A DNA stretch of 64,000 nucleotides from assembly GCA_013239625.1 (NCBI GenBank), contig MU054117.1, positions 3,772,677-3,836,676 of the forward strand, in the 5' to 3' direction. A model generated the notes under the pieces. That model searched no databases, was not told where the DNA came from, and saw only the letters and a program-made list of their open reading frames with translations. This DNA comes from Lama guanicoe (taxonomy: Eukaryota). The translations under genes were made by a program, and so were the position numbers. Shown here piece after piece: positions 60,101 through 64,000 of this stretch (the first letter of the stretch is position 1; each line of letters begins with the position of its first letter).

Positions 60101-61679
60101 TAGCGATGGCTACTGCGCGCTCCTAGAGCATTTTCTAATCCTCCAAGGGCCTTGGGGGTCATCCACTCGCATGACAGGACGCTGTGGAGTCTAGTTTGGC
60201 CACGTAGGAGTCACGGTCCAGGCGCGTAGAGATGCAGTGATGGGGTCTGGGCAGGTGTAACAGGCAGTAGCCCTGCCTCTGCTCTGCTTTCTCTCAGGAC
60301 CTCGAGGCTTCGCTGCAAACATGGGGGTTGGACAGAGAGAAAGAGAAGGAAAAGGTTTGCCTTCGTCTGGCTTGGGGGTACCTTGTGCCCTTGTCTCACG
60401 ATGGGTGTTGCCAGATCACAGGGGCACTGCTGAGGGGGGTCAGGGTAACCGGAATGGGGCTGTTAAAGCCACGGCAGAGCTTGGGCGGGGGGCGCTAAGG
60501 ACCTCCATGGGCCACTTCTGAGGCCCGAGCGGCTCCTGCACCAGGCCCCAGGGATTTCCCTCTTTGTCTTTCCTACTTTAAAGGAGTGAAATTTGACAGT
60601 TTCCTGCCTGGGGAATTTTTCTTTTCCACCAAACTGAACCATCCCTGGTTAGAGTCATGACGCTCAGGCTGCCTGCTCTGGCTTCAATCGGCACATTCTG
60701 CAGAGCCGTATCCCAAACAGGCTCCGTTTCTTTTTGCATCTTAGGCTCAGTGATCACAGAGAATCTCCCACAGAGTCCAAGCATTGAGGGAAGGGTGGAG
60801 CGAGGGCGGAGTCAGTGCTCAGAGAGGGGAGTCTCCTGCTTGTGTTAGGTACCCGTGTGTCCAGTACTCGCTCGGACCCAGGTCCGAGTCCACGAGCTTC
60901 ACTCAGTGCTGAAGTCTCCTGGGTGTGCACAGCGGTACTATCCACCCTCCAAGGGCCGGTGTCCAGCTAGTCGTTACCTGCTTGGCTCAGAAGCCCTCGG
61001 GTCACCCTCGTAGTTTTTTCACTGGGGCTTGTCACAGGCACCAACAGCATCCCCGTTCTGCATCTGTCGTAGACGTTTCTGAGCAACTCTGGGACTCAGG
61101 GCAGAGGTGCTTGCACTGCAACCTCCAAGACCATGTGAAGGAGCTTCTCTCGGTTGGGGTCCCACCCAACAAACAGCAACTTGTTGTTAACACAGAATAT
61201 AAATTGGAATTCATCTCTGGTTAGCAACTGTACAGCAGGTTTACACCAGCTTTCTCTGAATCATAGTATGTAAAAAAAGTATACACACCTAGTGACAGCT
61301 GAGCATCTTTCTGACTAAGCAGCACGACTTCCTATCAGGGATCAGAAACAAAGGGGGACAAAACACATTCGTGAAACACTGAGTCTGAGTGAAGAACTGA
61401 CTGTCCTGGGGTCCGGGGCAGGATCTGCTCCACCTCAGGCCTGGGCAGTGCCTTGGGGCAAAAAGTACTCCTAGAGGGTAAGGCCCTTTCCCTCTCCTCC
61501 CCTCTCCACTGAATGTTCGGTGTCAAGCATCTTTACTCCAGTTACTTAGCTAGCACCGTTGCTGTATCTCTGCTGCCTGCTTCGCGTGCCTAAAATGCCT
61601 GCACCTTTCCCTCTTTGCAGAACTGAGATCATCTCGTTAACAGAAGAAAATCATTCTAGGGTGTCCTATTTTAAGTGTT

Positions 61680-61837
61680 AAAAAAAAGGGGGAGGAGGAG
61701 GGAAAGAAAGAAAGAGGAAGAAAGGAAGGAAGGAAGGAAGGAAGGAAGGAAAGAAAGAAAGAGAGAAAGAGAGAAAGAGAGAAAGAGAGAAAGAGAGAAA
61801 GAGAGAAAGAGAGAAAGAAAGGAAGAGGAAGGAAAGA
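61680..61837. repeat. 158-nt pure-purine compound microsatellite (GGAA / GAAA / GAGAGAAA)
   Basis: No pyrimidine on the + strand across the interval. Confidence 0.95.
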
Positions 61838-62616
61838 TAATGAAATCTACCCAACAGACTGACTCCCAGGGTTCGAACCCGGGGGTGATGTCCTTTCAGT
61901 CGGGTTCATTTCCCTGGTGCACACACGCGTATCCTGGTGTTCTCTCTCTAATATACACAAGAACACATCGTCTACTCTATTCAAAATTCTGAAGGCTTCT
62001 TATCAGCTACTTCTGGCTCCTTGCCAGGTAGTATTTCTTAAAGAAATACTTTTGTCCTTTGAACATTTTTTTTAAAAAATTGACCCATAATAAAGATTTT
62101 TTAAAAGAAAATTCTAAAACTAGACTCACTGTAAGTCAAGTTCCATAGATACCAGAAAAACTGGACGTGTAACAATGAATTCCCGTGTTTTCACTTTTTA
62201 CTGGATTTTGATTTCTTTGAGTATTGAGTTGAGGGGTGGAAGGAGCGTTTTATTCGTTTTCGCTTCCCTAATATCTAGCAAAGCACCAGGGTCATAATAT
62301 GTGTGCAGATAAAGAAGTGAGTGTTTTGCATCTCCCATCACCTCCTCTTCCACTCCTTCTCCTCGCTGGCTAATCCAGGCCAGCCCGACGCTCGGCAATG
62401 GGTAAAGGAGGGGAGGGCTGAGCCAGCGGCCATGAGGTTATTATCTGATGGGTGTCAAGGTCCCATTCGCTGCCTGGTCTCTTGGGAGACTAAGGGGGTG
62501 CCATTTGCTCATGGTTATACGTCCGTGTGGATCAACTTGCTGAACCCAGGCTAATGGAATCGAACCCAAGGTACATGAGAGCTGGAATGAAGGTGAGAGA
62601 ACCACCTGTTGCCCTT

Positions 62617-62981
62617 TGTACTTCTCTGCTGAGGCTGCCCTGACAAAACAACCCAGACCATGTGGCGTAGACGTCAGAAAAGTGTCTTCTCCCAGTTCTG
62701 GAGGCTAGAAGGCCCAGACCGAGGTGCCGGGGGCTTGAGCTTCTGGTAAAGGGCCCTCTTCCCGGCTTGGAGACGCTACGCTGCACCTGGCCTTCCTTTG
62801 GTGCGTGCATGCAGAGGGGGAGAGAGAGCTCATAAGGACACTAACTCCATCAATTAGGGCCCCACCCTCACGACTTCATTGAATGTTAATTACTTCCTCA
62901 GAAGCCCCATTTCCAAATATAGCCGTAGTGGGAGTTAGGACTTCAACACATGCATTTGGGACAAACATTCAGTCTATAACA
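62617..62981 (-). mobile_element. MaLR solo LTR (MLT1A-like)
   Basis: 'ggctgccctgacaaaa...cagttctggaggctagaag...ataaggacactaa...ggccccaccctcacgac...ttaggacttcaaca...cattcagtctataaca'. Confidence 0.9.
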
Positions 62982-63009
62982 CTCCTGGACTCTGGGCATT
63001 TGGAAGAAT

Positions 63010-63620
63010 ATCCTTTTGACTTTGCATTGAAGGGGAGAAAAAAATGGAAGTAGGGGGACCGGTCATGAGGTTGTCGACAAAGCACAGGTGAGAGGTAACG
63101 GTGCATTGGCCTGACTATGGGAAGGCGAATGGATTTAAGTCGTGCTCTGGCTGTAGGAGCAACAGAACCTAGGGGAGGATTAGATATCACAAATGAGCAC
63201 AAGAGAGAAATGAAGGACCTTTCCCAGGATGATGGGGTAACTGATGGGTTTATTAAAATTTATTAGAGGAGGAAAATCAAGAATTCAGTATCTTGCAGTA
63301 ACCTATAGTGAAGAGGAACATGAAAATGAATATATGCATGTATATGCATGACTGAAACATGATGCTGGATGCCATATATGGACACATTGTAACTGACTAT
63401 ACTTCAGTTAAGAAGAAAAAGAATTTGTTTTTGGACATATTAACCGTGAGACTCATGTGCAGGGCCAAGTGGGCACATCAAGGAGGCAGCTGGAAATACA
63501 ACTCTGGAAGTGACCGGAGCGAGCCGGGCAGGGCAGGGGAAGAGAGCACCAGCACACAGATGGTCTATAAAGCCGGAGGAGGAGGGACATGGCCAAGGGC
63601 AAGAGTGTGGACTTAGGGGA
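63010..63620 (-). mobile_element. L2 fragment interrupted by a short L1
   Basis: 'ggaaaatcaagaatt|...|tgtttttggacatatt...caagtgggcacatcaaggaggcagctgga' is continuous antisense L2 across the insertion. Confidence 0.65.
63286..63418 (+). mobile_element. Severely 5'-truncated camelid L1 3' end
   Basis: 'cagtatcttgcagtaacctatagtgaa...gacacattgtaactgactatacttcag' plus A-rich tail; AAGAATT repeated at 63279-63285 and 63419-63425. Confidence 0.88.
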
Positions 63621-64000
63621 AATGAAGATCCCGGTCTCACTTGTAACAACTCCAATGTTTCAGTGGAGAAAGGAAAACACACGGTCCAGGGTCTTTCATT
63701 CCATCTCCCTCATCCAGACAAACATTTATAATCAATCACGGCCTTCCTTCTCACTGAGCCAACATGCAGAATTCGATTTCTTCTCGGCACAGCGCTAGAG
63801 AGACCTCCGCCAAAAGATCCGTGCTGGCAAAAGGGAGAAAACCTGATTGACTTCCTGGCTTTTGTTCAAGGGTTACTAAATTTTTTGAGTGAGAATTTCT
63901 TTTTGGCATCAAAATGTTTAAACAAGCCCACATAATGGTAGTTTCATTTTTATTTACTCAGTCAATAGGCTGTAGTTACTGCTCATAAAACGCCGCGGTA

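Noticed and set aside
61675..61992. K/E/R-rich ORF
   Set aside because: Translation of the purine microsatellite.
1..64000. CRISPR array, operon or other prokaryotic-type system
   Set aside because: No regularly spaced repeat-spacer array or gene-dense block seen; the sequence is mammalian throughout.

Overview
Mammalian, almost certainly camelid (camel/llama/alpaca), genomic DNA: it carries a Vic-1-type tRNA-derived SINE and camelid/artiodactyl-type L1 3' ends. I could not identify any host protein-coding exon, tRNA/rRNA gene or CRISPR array. The window looks intergenic or intronic and GC-rich, with one strong CpG island (~32.2-33.1 kb), several smaller CpG/motif-rich patches and many transposon fossils (L1, L2, MIR, ERV1/ERVL/MaLR LTRs, hAT DNA transposons), several of them nested. 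The only recognisable protein sequences are decayed transposon products: L1 ORF2 reverse transcriptase and a hAT transposase C-terminal motif. The clearest structural oddities are a 5'-inverted/deleted L1 insertion with a 12-bp TSD, an ERV1 LTR that seems to retain leader sequence, an old 80-bp tandem duplication and several candidate regulatory modules. I found no convincing novel biological system. Repeat family names come from recalled consensus sequences, not a database search, and most boundaries are approximate.
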